Assembly: GCA_016927735.1 (NCBI GenBank)
Contig: JAFGMC010000006.1
Span: 116,026-180,025 of the forward strand
Direction of reading: 5' to 3'
DNA length: 64,000 bases
Source of the DNA: Alphaproteobacteria bacterium
Lineage (GTDB): Bacteria > Pseudomonadota > Alphaproteobacteria > Rs-D84
The translations under genes and the position numbers were made by a program. Positions 1 through 8,088 of the stretch are shown in pieces (position 1 is the stretch's first letter; the number at the start of each line of letters is the position of its first letter). The notes beneath the pieces are model-generated. The model did no database searches. It was not told the origin of the DNA and saw only the letters and a list, made by a program, of their open reading frames with translations.

Positions 1-258
1 AAACATAACAACTTGTGGCATCAATCTTACCAACGAGAATGTTTCATTAGTCATCATCATTTGAACAACAATATATCCAGGAAAGAATTTCTTTTCACTT
101 TTTACACGCTTGCCAGATTTAATTTCTGTAACCTCACGAGTTGGTACTAAAATCTCTCCGAATAACGCATTTAAACGACGTTTATCAATTTGTTCACGCA
201 AACCACGTGCGACCTTATCTTCGCATCCAGTGTGAACATTAACGACAAACCATTGCAT
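1..258 (-). CDS. nusG: Transcription antitermination factor NusG, N-terminal part (gene runs off the window start)
   Basis: Reverse-strand translation from the ATG at 258 reads MQWFVVNVHTGCEDKVARGL...KKFFPGYIVVQMMM...LMPQVV. This is the NusG NGN-domain pattern including FPGY. It lies directly downstream of secE, as in the conserved tRNA-Trp-secE-nusG arrangement. Confidence 0.85.
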   Translation of the reverse strand, partial: MQWFVVNVHTGCEDKVARGLREQIDKRRLNALFGEILVPTREVTEIKSGKRVKSEKKFFPGYIVVQMMMTNETFSLVRLMPQVVMF

Positions 259-288
259 AGTGCCTTCCATTCGTGTTCCTTTTTCGCC

Positions 289-528
289 TTAAAAAACCCA
301 ACCAACAATCGCATTCAATACGCTATCTGTCAAAAAGAAAAATAACGCAGCTAAACCAGAAAATAAGAAAATCATAGTAGTAGTATGAATAACAGTATCA
401 CGTGATGGCCATACAATTTTGAACCATTCACTTCTAACTGATTTAATATATTCAAGTAATTTCTTCATAAAATTCCCGATTTTATCTAATAGTATGTCAT
501 CCATATTAGACGACATCTGGTTTTGCAC
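289..528 (-). CDS. secE: Preprotein translocase subunit SecE
   Basis: 79-aa ORF. The segment VRSEWFKIVWPSRDTVIHTTTMIFLFSGLAALFFF matches the conserved SecE segment (E. coli RKVIWPTRQETLHTT followed by a TM helix). Located between tRNA-Trp and nusG. Confidence 0.85.
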   Translation of the reverse strand: MQNQMSSNMDDILLDKIGNFMKKLLEYIKSVRSEWFKIVWPSRDTVIHTTTMIFLFSGLAALFFFLTDSVLNAIVGWVF

Positions 529-599
529 CTTTCCCCCAGTTTCTGGGCTGTGGCGAGTGCTCAGACTTCTAAAACCAGCCTTATTGCTAGCATGAAACC

Positions 600-673
600 T
601 GGCAGGGGCAGAAGGAATCGAACCCTCATCCGCGGTTTTGGAGACCGATATTCTACCGTTGAACTATGCCCCT
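600..673 (-). tRNA. trnW: tRNA-Trp (anticodon CCA)
   Basis: The reverse complement AGGGGCATAGTTCAACGGTAGAATATCGGTCTCCAAAACCGCGGATGAGGGTTCGATTCCTTCTGCCCCTGCCA folds as a cloverleaf. The anticodon loop is CTCCAAA, the T-loop is GGTTCGATTCC, and the CCA end is encoded. It closely parallels E. coli tRNA-Trp. Confidence 0.9.
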
Positions 674-819
674 ATAGTTATCAGTGGACCGGAAAGATAC
701 AATTTTTCATGTATATGTCTGCCCAAAATACCGCTTTTTACATTCGTTAACTCGCGCTACGATAGCACAAGTTTATTAAAAATCAAGCGGAAAGTATTAT
801 AAGGCTTTAAATAAACCAG

Positions 820-831
820 CGCAAGTGAAAA
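820..831. repeat. Left arm of a 12-bp inverted repeat (CGCAAGTGAAAA) upstream of the virB8-like gene
   Basis: Exact reverse complement of 955..966. A related CAAGCGGAAA lies at about 785..794. Confidence 0.7.
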
Positions 832-954
832 ATTACAAAAAAATATAATTTACCCCAGTAAAAACAAATATTAAAATTAAACTATTAATGTTTTTTTTAT
901 TACAAACCTATAAAAAGCTAATAATTTTTAATTTTATCTTTGATAATATTCAAC

Positions 955-966
955 TTTTCACTTGCG
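955..966. repeat. Right arm of the 12-bp inverted repeat (TTTTCACTTGCG)
   Basis: Exact reverse complement of 820..831. It lies 50 nt upstream of the GTG start at 1016. Confidence 0.7.
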
Positions 967-1015
967 TGGATAGGCGTTTTTTTTCTACAATTCCGGAATA
1001 AGGAGAGATTGATCA

Positions 1016-1663
1016 GTGTCAGACAGCATAGAACCGCCAATTTTGTTATCTAGATTGATGACTTTCGTATTTTCTGCTGCATTGGTTGTAGTTATTGTGC
1101 TCATAGTGACATTGGTAAAAATGTATCCTCTGAATAAAACACAAATATTCTTTTTAACGACCGCGCCTCGTAATGACTTGGAAATCAGACTTTCGCAATT
1201 TTCTCCGGATGAAGAAAATATAGAAATTTATAAACAGGCTTTTATCAAGGAATACATCAAGGCACGTAATGAAATTATTCCTAACGCTGGTGTTATGCAA
1301 CGCAAATGGTCCGCAACAGAAGATGGTACAGTTTATAAGTGGAGTAAGCCTGACGTATATTCTACATTTGCAAAAACTGCTATGTGGACCGCATATATGA
1401 ACGAGGTTCCAGATTTTGAATTTCATTGTCCAGTTGAATTTACAGGAATTGCACCACGTACAGAAAATACTTATGCAGTAAGCTTTAGATATTTCTGCAC
1501 AAATAGTGATGGACAGACCACCAAAAAAGATTATACAATTGTACTGAAATTAGAATTAGAGAACGTAATAAAATGGACCGATCGTCTGGATAATCCTCTG
1601 GGAATTCGTGTCGCTGAATATTCCGTGGAATCAGATAATGGTGATCCATTGGATTTTAAATAA
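1016..1663 (+). CDS. VirB8/TrbF-family T4SS inner-membrane component (VirB8-like)
   Basis: GTG start 8 nt after AAGGAG. There is a single N-terminal TM (LMTFVFSAALVVVIVLIVTLV) and then a periplasmic domain of about 170 aa. That domain ends in NPLGIRVAEY, the NPxG..V..Y signature found near the C-terminus of VirB8 proteins. It is directly followed by the VirB9- and VirB10-like genes. Confidence 0.65.
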   Translation: MSDSIEPPILLSRLMTFVFSAALVVVIVLIVTLVKMYPLNKTQIFFLTTAPRNDLEIRLSQFSPDEENIEIYKQAFIKEYIKARNEIIPNAGVMQRKWSATEDGTVYKWSKPDVYSTFAKTAMWTAYMNEVPDFEFHCPVEFTGIAPRTENTYAVSFRYFCTNSDGQTTKKDYTIVLKLELENVIKWTDRLDNPLGIRVAEYSVESDNGDPLDFK

Positions 1664-1691
1664 AGCATAAATGCAAATGTAAGGAATTGTT

Positions 1692-3167
1692 ATGATATTT
1701 TCGAAAATATTAAAAGTAAATTTATCTATTTTTTGTTTGTTAACTCTGGCTGTTATGCCAAATAATTTATTTGCCGAAGGTATTCAAGAAGCTTGGGATA
1801 ATCCAAATGCAAATATGGCATCCGGCAGTACAAAACCTGGATATGCTCAATTAACTTGGGTTTCTGGCAGTGTTTTACCAGTTAAATTACGCAACGGTAT
1901 GGTAACAATGGTAAATTTACCAGCTGGTGAACAAATCGAAGATGGTGTTGTTGGAAATCAAGATTTATTCGATTTTGATCCGCAAAAAAATGGGCGGTCT
2001 ATGTATATCACACCTGCGGGAAGTAATCAGGGGGCTGATACTAATTTGATTGTGACTGGAAAATCTGGAAATAAATATATTTTCTACCTTCGCAGTGAAC
2101 CCGCTAATTCCAGTGAAATAACATATTCACAGGTTGATATTGTTTTGGACTCGAACAGTTCTTTACCTGTTGCAAATAGTTCGTCTTCACAATCTGCTGG
2201 TATGAATTCGATATTTAAAAAAGTATCAACTAGCAGCAGTGTTGTTGGTGTTGATGGTGAAGATTATGGATGGATTAAATCAATGAAAATTGATCCATCT
2301 GAATTTCGTTTTGATTTGGATATATTTGTCCCAAATCCAGATGATTATGTAATTGCACCTGAACGCGTATGGCGCGACAGAATATTCACATACATTGATT
2401 TCGGTGACAAGGTTATTGCAATGACACAACGCCCAGTTGTATCATTGTTGGTTGAGGGTGGCGAGAGCCCAGTTGGTTTCCGTACTGATGGTGAAAACGG
2501 CAGACTGCTTATTATCGAAGCGGTTGGTGATATGGTTTTGCGTTCAGGTCAGCGAATTGTATGTATCAAGAAACGTGAAAAACCATTCTTGATTGCAGAT
2601 ACTGCAAGTGTTATGGCGCTGGCCGAAGCTAATGTTGCACAAAGCATGACATCTACCCAGTCATTGAATAATGTCGCTTATTCTAACACTGGGACAATGG
2701 TATCATCAAACGGGTACGGCGTTGCACCGACTATGAATTATGCTGCATCTGGTGTGGCAACAAATTATGGTTCATCCACAAGTGGTGTAAATATGTTACC
2801 AACCCAAAGAAATACTGCAGGCAGTTATTTACCACAAACAGGTATACCATTAATCAGCAGTAATCAAACAGGTGTTGCTGTTGAATTAAAATCTGATACT
2901 TCGGTCAAGGCACTGAATGATTATTGGACAGGATTATTGGCAAAGTTCAGTGGCGAAGATGGTAAAGGAATACTGACACCTTATAAAGGTATGGTATTCT
3001 TTGCAGTTGATGAACAAGGTGTTGGTGAATTGGGATCTGATTCTGCAACAGCCCGCTTATATCGACTGCGCATCGGTCCAATGTCTGATATCGATAATGC
3101 ACAAAAATTGTGCGACCAGATGTTAAAGTTCTCGGGCACTAGCTGTCACGTAGTAAGAATACAGTAA
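1692..3167 (+). CDS. VirB9/TrbG/CagX-family T4SS outer-membrane core component fused to a C-terminal SPOR-like domain
   Basis: Has a signal peptide. The N-domain reads ...MYITPAGSNQGADTNLIVTGKSGNKYIFYLRS (compare VirB9 TNL.V.T..R.Y.F.L). The C-domain reads PERVWRDRIFTYIDFGDK...PVVSLLVEGGESPVGFRTDG...MVLRSGQRIVCIKK. A linker of about 90 aa rich in S/T/N/G follows. The last 97 aa (from 2874) end in ARLYRLRIGPMSDIDNAQKLCDQMLKFSGTSCHVV, which is a SPOR-type pattern. Confidence 0.7.
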   Translation: MIFSKILKVNLSIFCLLTLAVMPNNLFAEGIQEAWDNPNANMASGSTKPGYAQLTWVSGSVLPVKLRNGMVTMVNLPAGEQIEDGVVGNQDLFDFDPQKNGRSMYITPAGSNQGADTNLIVTGKSGNKYIFYLRSEPANSSEITYSQVDIVLDSNSSLPVANSSSSQSAGMNSIFKKVSTSSSVVGVDGEDYGWIKSMKIDPSEFRFDLDIFVPNPDDYVIAPERVWRDRIFTYIDFGDKVIAMTQRPVVSLLVEGGESPVGFRTDGENGRLLIIEAVGDMVLRSGQRIVCIKKREKPFLIADTASVMALAEANVAQSMTSTQSLNNVAYSNTGTMVSSNGYGVAPTMNYAASGVATNYGSSTSGVNMLPTQRNTAGSYLPQTGIPLISSNQTGVAVELKSDTSVKALNDYWTGLLAKFSGEDGKGILTPYKGMVFFAVDEQGVGELGSDSATARLYRLRIGPMSDIDNAQKLCDQMLKFSGTSCHVVRIQ

Positions 3168-3187
3168 AATAAAGTTCTTGAATATTT

Positions 3188-5497
3188 ATGGCAAATTTAA
3201 AAACACAATTTTCAGAATTAACAAAAAACACACCAAAGCATGTGCAATGGTTATTGCTGGCTGCGGCGTTTATAGTTGTTCTTATTTTACTGACCCTTTT
3301 ACTTCGCGGTGATAAGACGCAACCAGTCACAGAATCAAACGAAACAATACAAGCTGCTTTGAATATAGATCCCGATTCATTGGATTGGGCAACAACAAAA
3401 ATTGGTGAAACAAAAAACCAGAAATTTGTTATATCTTCAAATGTACCTGTAAAGATTGATGCGGTCCGTTTATCCAAGGATGTTTCTGGATTATCTAAAC
3501 CAAAAACAACTTGCACAAACATTGGTCAGATAAACGATAAAATTTCTTGTACGATAAGTATGGATTTTACACCAAGTACAGAAATGGATATTAATGCTGT
3601 ATCCCTGTTTATTGATTGGCGTGGTGCTGGACAACCCGAAAAAATGAACCGTACAGAAAAAATAGCAATTGCTATTGGTGCAATGCAAAAAGAAACACTA
3701 AAACAAGAACTTGTTCTTGAAAAAAAAACACAGATGAAACAAGAAATTGAATCTATTGCACAGGCCGATCCATTTCATTCTGAAAAAAAAGAACAAGAAA
3801 TTGTTAAACCAAAACAAGACACACGACCTGAACAACCTGCACCAAAACAAAAAAACGATGATATTAAAACAGGTGCAGAATCTTGTTCTGATTTTGCATT
3901 TCCTGGATACAATATAACTGGTCAACAAGTAGGTTGGATTAAACCTGAAAAAGGCAACTATAAATTTCATCCTTTTTCTGATACAAATTGTGATTCACCA
4001 ACTGGTATTTATAATCCAGATAATGGAATAATCACAGACATAAACGATACATCAAAAAAAATAGGAACTGATGCTGAACACATTGGATATGGGACTATAT
4101 TAAACAATGTTATTCCGGAACTTTCCAATCCTGTTAATTCACGTACTGTAAACAAAGCACGTCAATTAACCACTGCTGAATTGGAACTTAAACCATCTGG
4201 TAAATCTGCACGCGTATTTACCGCACCACCTGCGGATACAAAAATGTTACCGTCTTCTTTTGGCAGTGAAGCCACAGTTTCCAGTCGTCCATATGATCGT
4301 ACATTTGTATTGCGTCAATATAAACCAATCCCTGCAACAATCGTTTCAGAAATACGTGCAGTTGCCGGGGAAACACGTTTACCAGTGACCGCAACAGTGG
4401 ACAGAAATGTTTATTCTGATAATGGTCGCACAATTATTATTCCAGCTGGAACAATGATGTTGGGATCTGTTTCAGATAAAGATATGCCTGGTCCTTATAA
4501 AACAATCGGACGTGTTGGTATTGAATGGTATCGTTTTGTTCGTCCAGATGGTGTTGAATTTAATTTTGTTGGTAATAAACCTTTCTCGGCTGATGCCCAA
4601 GGACGCACCGGTGTTCCGGGACGCGGCAGCACGGATTATGTTGAACAATTCGTTATGCCAATGTTAACCGCTGTTGTACCAGCAGCAGTAAACATGATTG
4701 CCCCAATATCAGATAAATTTGTTAATCAAATTGATTTAGATAATAATACTGTGACACAAACCGGTCAGGTTCGTTCATCTGAACTTGCCAAGAATGAAAT
4801 TATTACCGCTTGGAACAAGGTCGCACAAAAATTATTGGTTGATATGATTGATAATACTGTCCCACCATTTTCAATTGCGGCTGGAACACGTATAACTGTA
4901 TTTTCACCTAATGATTTGATTGTGACATGTGGTCAGGACAGCGGTAAAAAATGTTCCATATCACCATATGATGAAAGTTACGCACCAACCGGAAACGCTA
5001 ATACATTTACAGTTGGTGTCAGCGAACCAGAAACATTGGTTGGTCAGGTTCGTTCATTTAACTTGGATCAATACTGTGATGGCAAAGGTGGTGTTTCGGC
5101 CAGTGCATCAACAATTCAAAGTGCAGGATTTGATTATCGTACAGTTGCATTCTATTGCCAATCAAATCAATACAAAGCAATTAATAATGCAAAGCAAGAA
5201 GCTGTTTATAAAAATCAACAAACAACAAGTCTAACTAACTCCGAAGGGCAGAAAATGCAACAAGGAACCAAAGACTATAATGAACAGGTTTTGGGCTTGA
5301 AATATAGTGAGGACGGTACTATACAGAATCCGTTTGAAAAAGCACCTGTTGAAAAAAAGGCTGTACTGACATGTGAAGATGGCACAGTACCAGATGCAAA
5401 TGGTTGTTGCACTGGGGAAACATATACAGATATGGGTGAACAAGGATTCAACTGTTGTCCAGGTTCTGGTGGGGATTGTTTTCCACCAATAAAATAA
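3188..5497 (+). CDS. VirB10/TrbI-family T4SS core component with extra N-proximal domain and Cys-rich C-terminal extension
   Basis: N-terminal TM (WLLLAAAFIVVLILLTLLL) and a Pro/Lys/Gln-rich spacer (KPKQDTRPEQPAPKQK). TrbI-domain motifs are present: VDRNVYSDNGRTIIIPAGTMMLGS, RVGIEWYRFVRPDGVEF, DAQGRTGVPGRGSTDYVEQF, GTRITVFSPNDLIV. About 190 further residues containing 10 Cys (my count) follow the canonical end. Confidence 0.8.
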   Translation: MANLKTQFSELTKNTPKHVQWLLLAAAFIVVLILLTLLLRGDKTQPVTESNETIQAALNIDPDSLDWATTKIGETKNQKFVISSNVPVKIDAVRLSKDVSGLSKPKTTCTNIGQINDKISCTISMDFTPSTEMDINAVSLFIDWRGAGQPEKMNRTEKIAIAIGAMQKETLKQELVLEKKTQMKQEIESIAQADPFHSEKKEQEIVKPKQDTRPEQPAPKQKNDDIKTGAESCSDFAFPGYNITGQQVGWIKPEKGNYKFHPFSDTNCDSPTGIYNPDNGIITDINDTSKKIGTDAEHIGYGTILNNVIPELSNPVNSRTVNKARQLTTAELELKPSGKSARVFTAPPADTKMLPSSFGSEATVSSRPYDRTFVLRQYKPIPATIVSEIRAVAGETRLPVTATVDRNVYSDNGRTIIIPAGTMMLGSVSDKDMPGPYKTIGRVGIEWYRFVRPDGVEFNFVGNKPFSADAQGRTGVPGRGSTDYVEQFVMPMLTAVVPAAVNMIAPISDKFVNQIDLDNNTVTQTGQVRSSELAKNEIITAWNKVAQKLLVDMIDNTVPPFSIAAGTRITVFSPNDLIVTCGQDSGKKCSISPYDESYAPTGNANTFTVGVSEPETLVGQVRSFNLDQYCDGKGGVSASASTIQSAGFDYRTVAFYCQSNQYKAINNAKQEAVYKNQQTTSLTNSEGQKMQQGTKDYNEQVLGLKYSEDGTIQNPFEKAPVEKKAVLTCEDGTVPDANGCCTGETYTDMGEQGFNCCPGSGGDCFPPIK

Positions 5498-5565
5498 TTA
5501 GAACCACTTATTCTGGTTTTAAATAACATGTAAAATAACAATCATTATTTACAAAAAATTTATTA

Positions 5566-5592
5566 ATAGCCGATAATCGGCTATTTTTTACG
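5566..5592 (+). terminator. Rho-independent terminator after the virB10-like gene
   Basis: The palindrome ATAGCCGATAATCGGCTAT is followed by TTTTTT. Confidence 0.6.
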
Positions 5593-5694
5593 ATTCGTTT
5601 ATAAAAAACAAAAACGCTTAACGAATTGGAAATCCGATTCATAAATCAACCTTTGGTTGTAATATTTTACATATTCTTATTGTTTAATTATAAA

Positions 5695-5715
5695 ACCTTG
5701 TCTAGATAACAAGGT
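5695..5715 (+). promoter_or_regulatory. Inverted repeat ACCTTGT-N7-ACAAGGT just upstream of ORF 5747 (operator or 5' UTR hairpin)
   Basis: 7-bp arms with the spacer CTAGATA. It lies 31 nt upstream of the ATG and ahead of the AAGGGAG Shine-Dalgarno. Confidence 0.4.
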
Positions 5716-5746
5716 AAAAACATTTTTTAAAAAAAGGGAGAAAAAA

Positions 5747-6094
5747 ATGACTGTACAAAATATGAAATCTTTTTCAACAATTGAAAAGTTTCATAATGCT
5801 GAACAACTATGGTTTTGGTTTCTATATTCCAGACAAGTCAGAAACGGCTTTTCACAAAAGAATATTTCTTCGACCAAACGGGTATGTGAATTATTAGATG
5901 TAGAAACATTAATTACTAAACTTTATCTTTCTGGATCACTGACTCGTGAACAGTTAGATATCATGAAAGAATTTGGTGATAAACATCGTTGCCCACATCA
6001 ACATATATGGGCAGAAAATCACAAGGCAGCTGTATGGCACAGTGCAATGCAAATACTTGAATCCGCAGCGAGAAATAAGGAATGGATAGATTAA
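5747..6094 (+). CDS. Hypothetical protein, 115 aa, no family recognised
   Basis: ORF with an AAGGGAG Shine-Dalgarno 7 nt upstream. No signal peptide or TM. Contains LTREQLDIMKEFG, which faintly resembles an HTH recognition segment. Confidence 0.5.
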   Translation: MTVQNMKSFSTIEKFHNAEQLWFWFLYSRQVRNGFSQKNISSTKRVCELLDVETLITKLYLSGSLTREQLDIMKEFGDKHRCPHQHIWAENHKAAVWHSAMQILESAARNKEWID

Positions 6095-6154
6095 ACAGAT
6101 CAGTATTACTTTTAATGTAATACTGATTTTATCATATAATAAAAAGGAATTAAT

Positions 6155-6496
6155 ATGATTATCGGTTTTTCAAAAAAAACTTCAAAAACTTTATCAAAAA
6201 TATTTTGCAGAAATTTTCGACACTGTGTTGTTATTTTTCAAAATAAAAAAAATGATAATATTCTTATCCAGGTCGCTTCTGATGGTATTCGTTTAATAAA
6301 TATAAAACCATCAGGAATAGAAAAATTAATTTCTGCAGGTTGGGAATTTATAGAAATAAATAAAATAAATAAAACTATATTTAAAACACCAACTTTATTA
6401 ACATGCGTTGGTTTTGCAAAACACGCATTGGGTATAAATAACCCATTTATGTGGACACCAGATCAGCTTTACAGACATTTAAAAAAGCTGTTGTAA
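6155..6496 (+). CDS. Hypothetical protein, 113 aa, no family confidently recognised
   Basis: ORF preceded by AAAGGAA. No signal peptide. An ordered His (FRHCVVIF) then Cys (LLTCVGFAKHALGI) pattern is weakly reminiscent of permuted NlpC/P60-LRAT folds. This is very tentative. Confidence 0.5.
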   Translation: MIIGFSKKTSKTLSKIFCRNFRHCVVIFQNKKNDNILIQVASDGIRLINIKPSGIEKLISAGWEFIEINKINKTIFKTPTLLTCVGFAKHALGINNPFMWTPDQLYRHLKKLL

Positions 6497-6512
6497 ATTT
6501 ACAACAGCTTTT
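6483..6512. terminator. Bidirectional hairpin between ORF 6155 (+) and yidC (-)
   Basis: Perfect palindrome AAAAGCTGTTGTA-AATT-TACAACAGCTTTT. It overlaps the stop codon of ORF 6155. Confidence 0.5.
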
Positions 6513-6516
6513 AATT

Positions 6517-8088
6517 TTATTTTTTAGCACTTCTTTTTATTACATACATCTGCATTATTCCAAACAAGTTTGAAATCGTCCAATACAAAACCAGTCCTGC
6601 TGGCATCCATGCAAACATTACTGTGAATAAAATTGGCATATATTTCATAACCTTTTGGGTTTGTGCCATTGGATCATTATTATTTGATTTTTGTTTAACC
6701 GATCCTTGCAAATGCTGTTGCCACCACATTGTCGCGCCCATTATTAATGGCAATATATAAAATGGATCCATTAATGATAAATCACCAATCCATAAGAACC
6801 CAGCCTGGCGCATTGGGACAGAAATCAACAATGCCTTGTACAATGCGAAGAAGATTGGTATTTGCAATAACATTGGCAAACAACCAGACATTGGTGAAGT
6901 CTTGTGTGTCTGATATAATTTCATCATTTCCATCTGCAAGCGAGCCTTATCATTTGCATAAAGTTTTTGTACTTTTTGCATTTCTGGCTGCATTTTTTGC
7001 ATAGCTGCCATTGATGTATAAGACTTGCGTGTTAATGGCCACATCAATATACGCAATGCAATTGTCAATAATATGATTGCCAAACCATAATTCATAACAA
7101 GAATATTTAATGCATTAAGTGCCCATGACATTGGACGTGCCAAGAACCAGAACCAACCATAATCCATTGTTTTTTCAATTCCAGTGATAGATTCCGCAGC
7201 CAATGACAATATTTTTTGATCACGTGGCCCAGCAAATATATTTGTTTCAATTATTGCTGTTTTGCCAGCTGAAACTTGAATCGGCGCAGCAGAAGTATCT
7301 GCCTGATAACGCGTATCTGTTTTCTTCATCAATATTGTTTGGTCCGGACTGTTTAAACTGATAATACTTTCCCAATATTGATTTGCGAAACCAATAAACC
7401 CATTTGTTGTTTGATACGCATACGATTTTTTATCCAAGCTCTTCCAGCCATTACGTTCAATATCAGAATTAACATATGCAATTCCACCTGTTGCAACCGC
7501 TACAGCTTTGGTATCACCATTATTAATCATGCGTGCATATGGCGCAAAAGAAACATTTTTACCACTGTTATTCTTAATTTCATCTTTGATTGTAATTATA
7601 TAATCTTTTACATCAACTGTGCGTTTAAAGTCAACCTTGTCACTATTATGCCATGTCATTACGCCATTATTAATTTTCCAGACTGTCTGTGCCGTTGGGG
7701 CAACTGTACCACTGGCAAGCAGACCTATTTCTGCAAACTCTTTATCACCTGATAATAATGATATTTTTTCGTCTTTGTTTTTATCTTGTTTGTAATCTTT
7801 TAATTTAATCTGTGATACTCGCAATCCTTGAACATCAACAGATATCTTATCCCCCATAATATTTGAAACTGGAACGTTTGAAATATTTTCAACAACTGTT
7901 GTATTAATTATTTTGTTTTCTATATTCTTTTTTGGCGCGGTCCACATAGAGAATAACCACCAAGCCAAAAGAAATATTATCATCCACCAAAAAAAGCCCG
8001 AAGATTTTGAGGGTTTAGCACCTGATTTTTGTTGTCCCGCCATCCAATTATTGAAACCTGAATTTTTATTATCTAAATATTTAACCAT
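6517..8088 (-). CDS. yidC: Membrane protein insertase YidC
   Basis: N-terminal TM, a large periplasmic domain, and a C-terminal 5-TM core (..PMSGCLPMLLQIPIFFALYKAL.., ..LVLYWTISNLFGIMQ..). The likely start is MVKYLD at 8088, which overlaps the lspA stop as TAATG. The ORF could also start at 8115. Confidence 0.9.
   Translation of the reverse strand: MVKYLDNKNSGFNNWMAGQQKSGAKPSKSSGFFWWMIIFLLAWWLFSMWTAPKKNIENKIINTTVVENISNVPVSNIMGDKISVDVQGLRVSQIKLKDYKQDKNKDEKISLLSGDKEFAEIGLLASGTVAPTAQTVWKINNGVMTWHNSDKVDFKRTVDVKDYIITIKDEIKNNSGKNVSFAPYARMINNGDTKAVAVATGGIAYVNSDIERNGWKSLDKKSYAYQTTNGFIGFANQYWESIISLNSPDQTILMKKTDTRYQADTSAAPIQVSAGKTAIIETNIFAGPRDQKILSLAAESITGIEKTMDYGWFWFLARPMSWALNALNILVMNYGLAIILLTIALRILMWPLTRKSYTSMAAMQKMQPEMQKVQKLYANDKARLQMEMMKLYQTHKTSPMSGCLPMLLQIPIFFALYKALLISVPMRQAGFLWIGDLSLMDPFYILPLIMGATMWWQQHLQGSVKQKSNNNDPMAQTQKVMKYMPILFTVMFAWMPAGLVLYWTISNLFGIMQMYVIKRSAKK

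Noticed and set aside
523-750. 75-aa + strand ORF downstream of secE
   Set aside because: It runs straight across the minus-strand tRNA-Trp (600..673) and has no Shine-Dalgarno. It is a chance ORF over an RNA gene.
3139-3970. Several 65-127 aa minus-strand ORFs inside the virB9/virB10 region
   Set aside because: They overlap strongly supported + strand T4SS genes, and their translations are Phe/Cys/Asn-rich nonsense typical of antisense AT-rich sequence.
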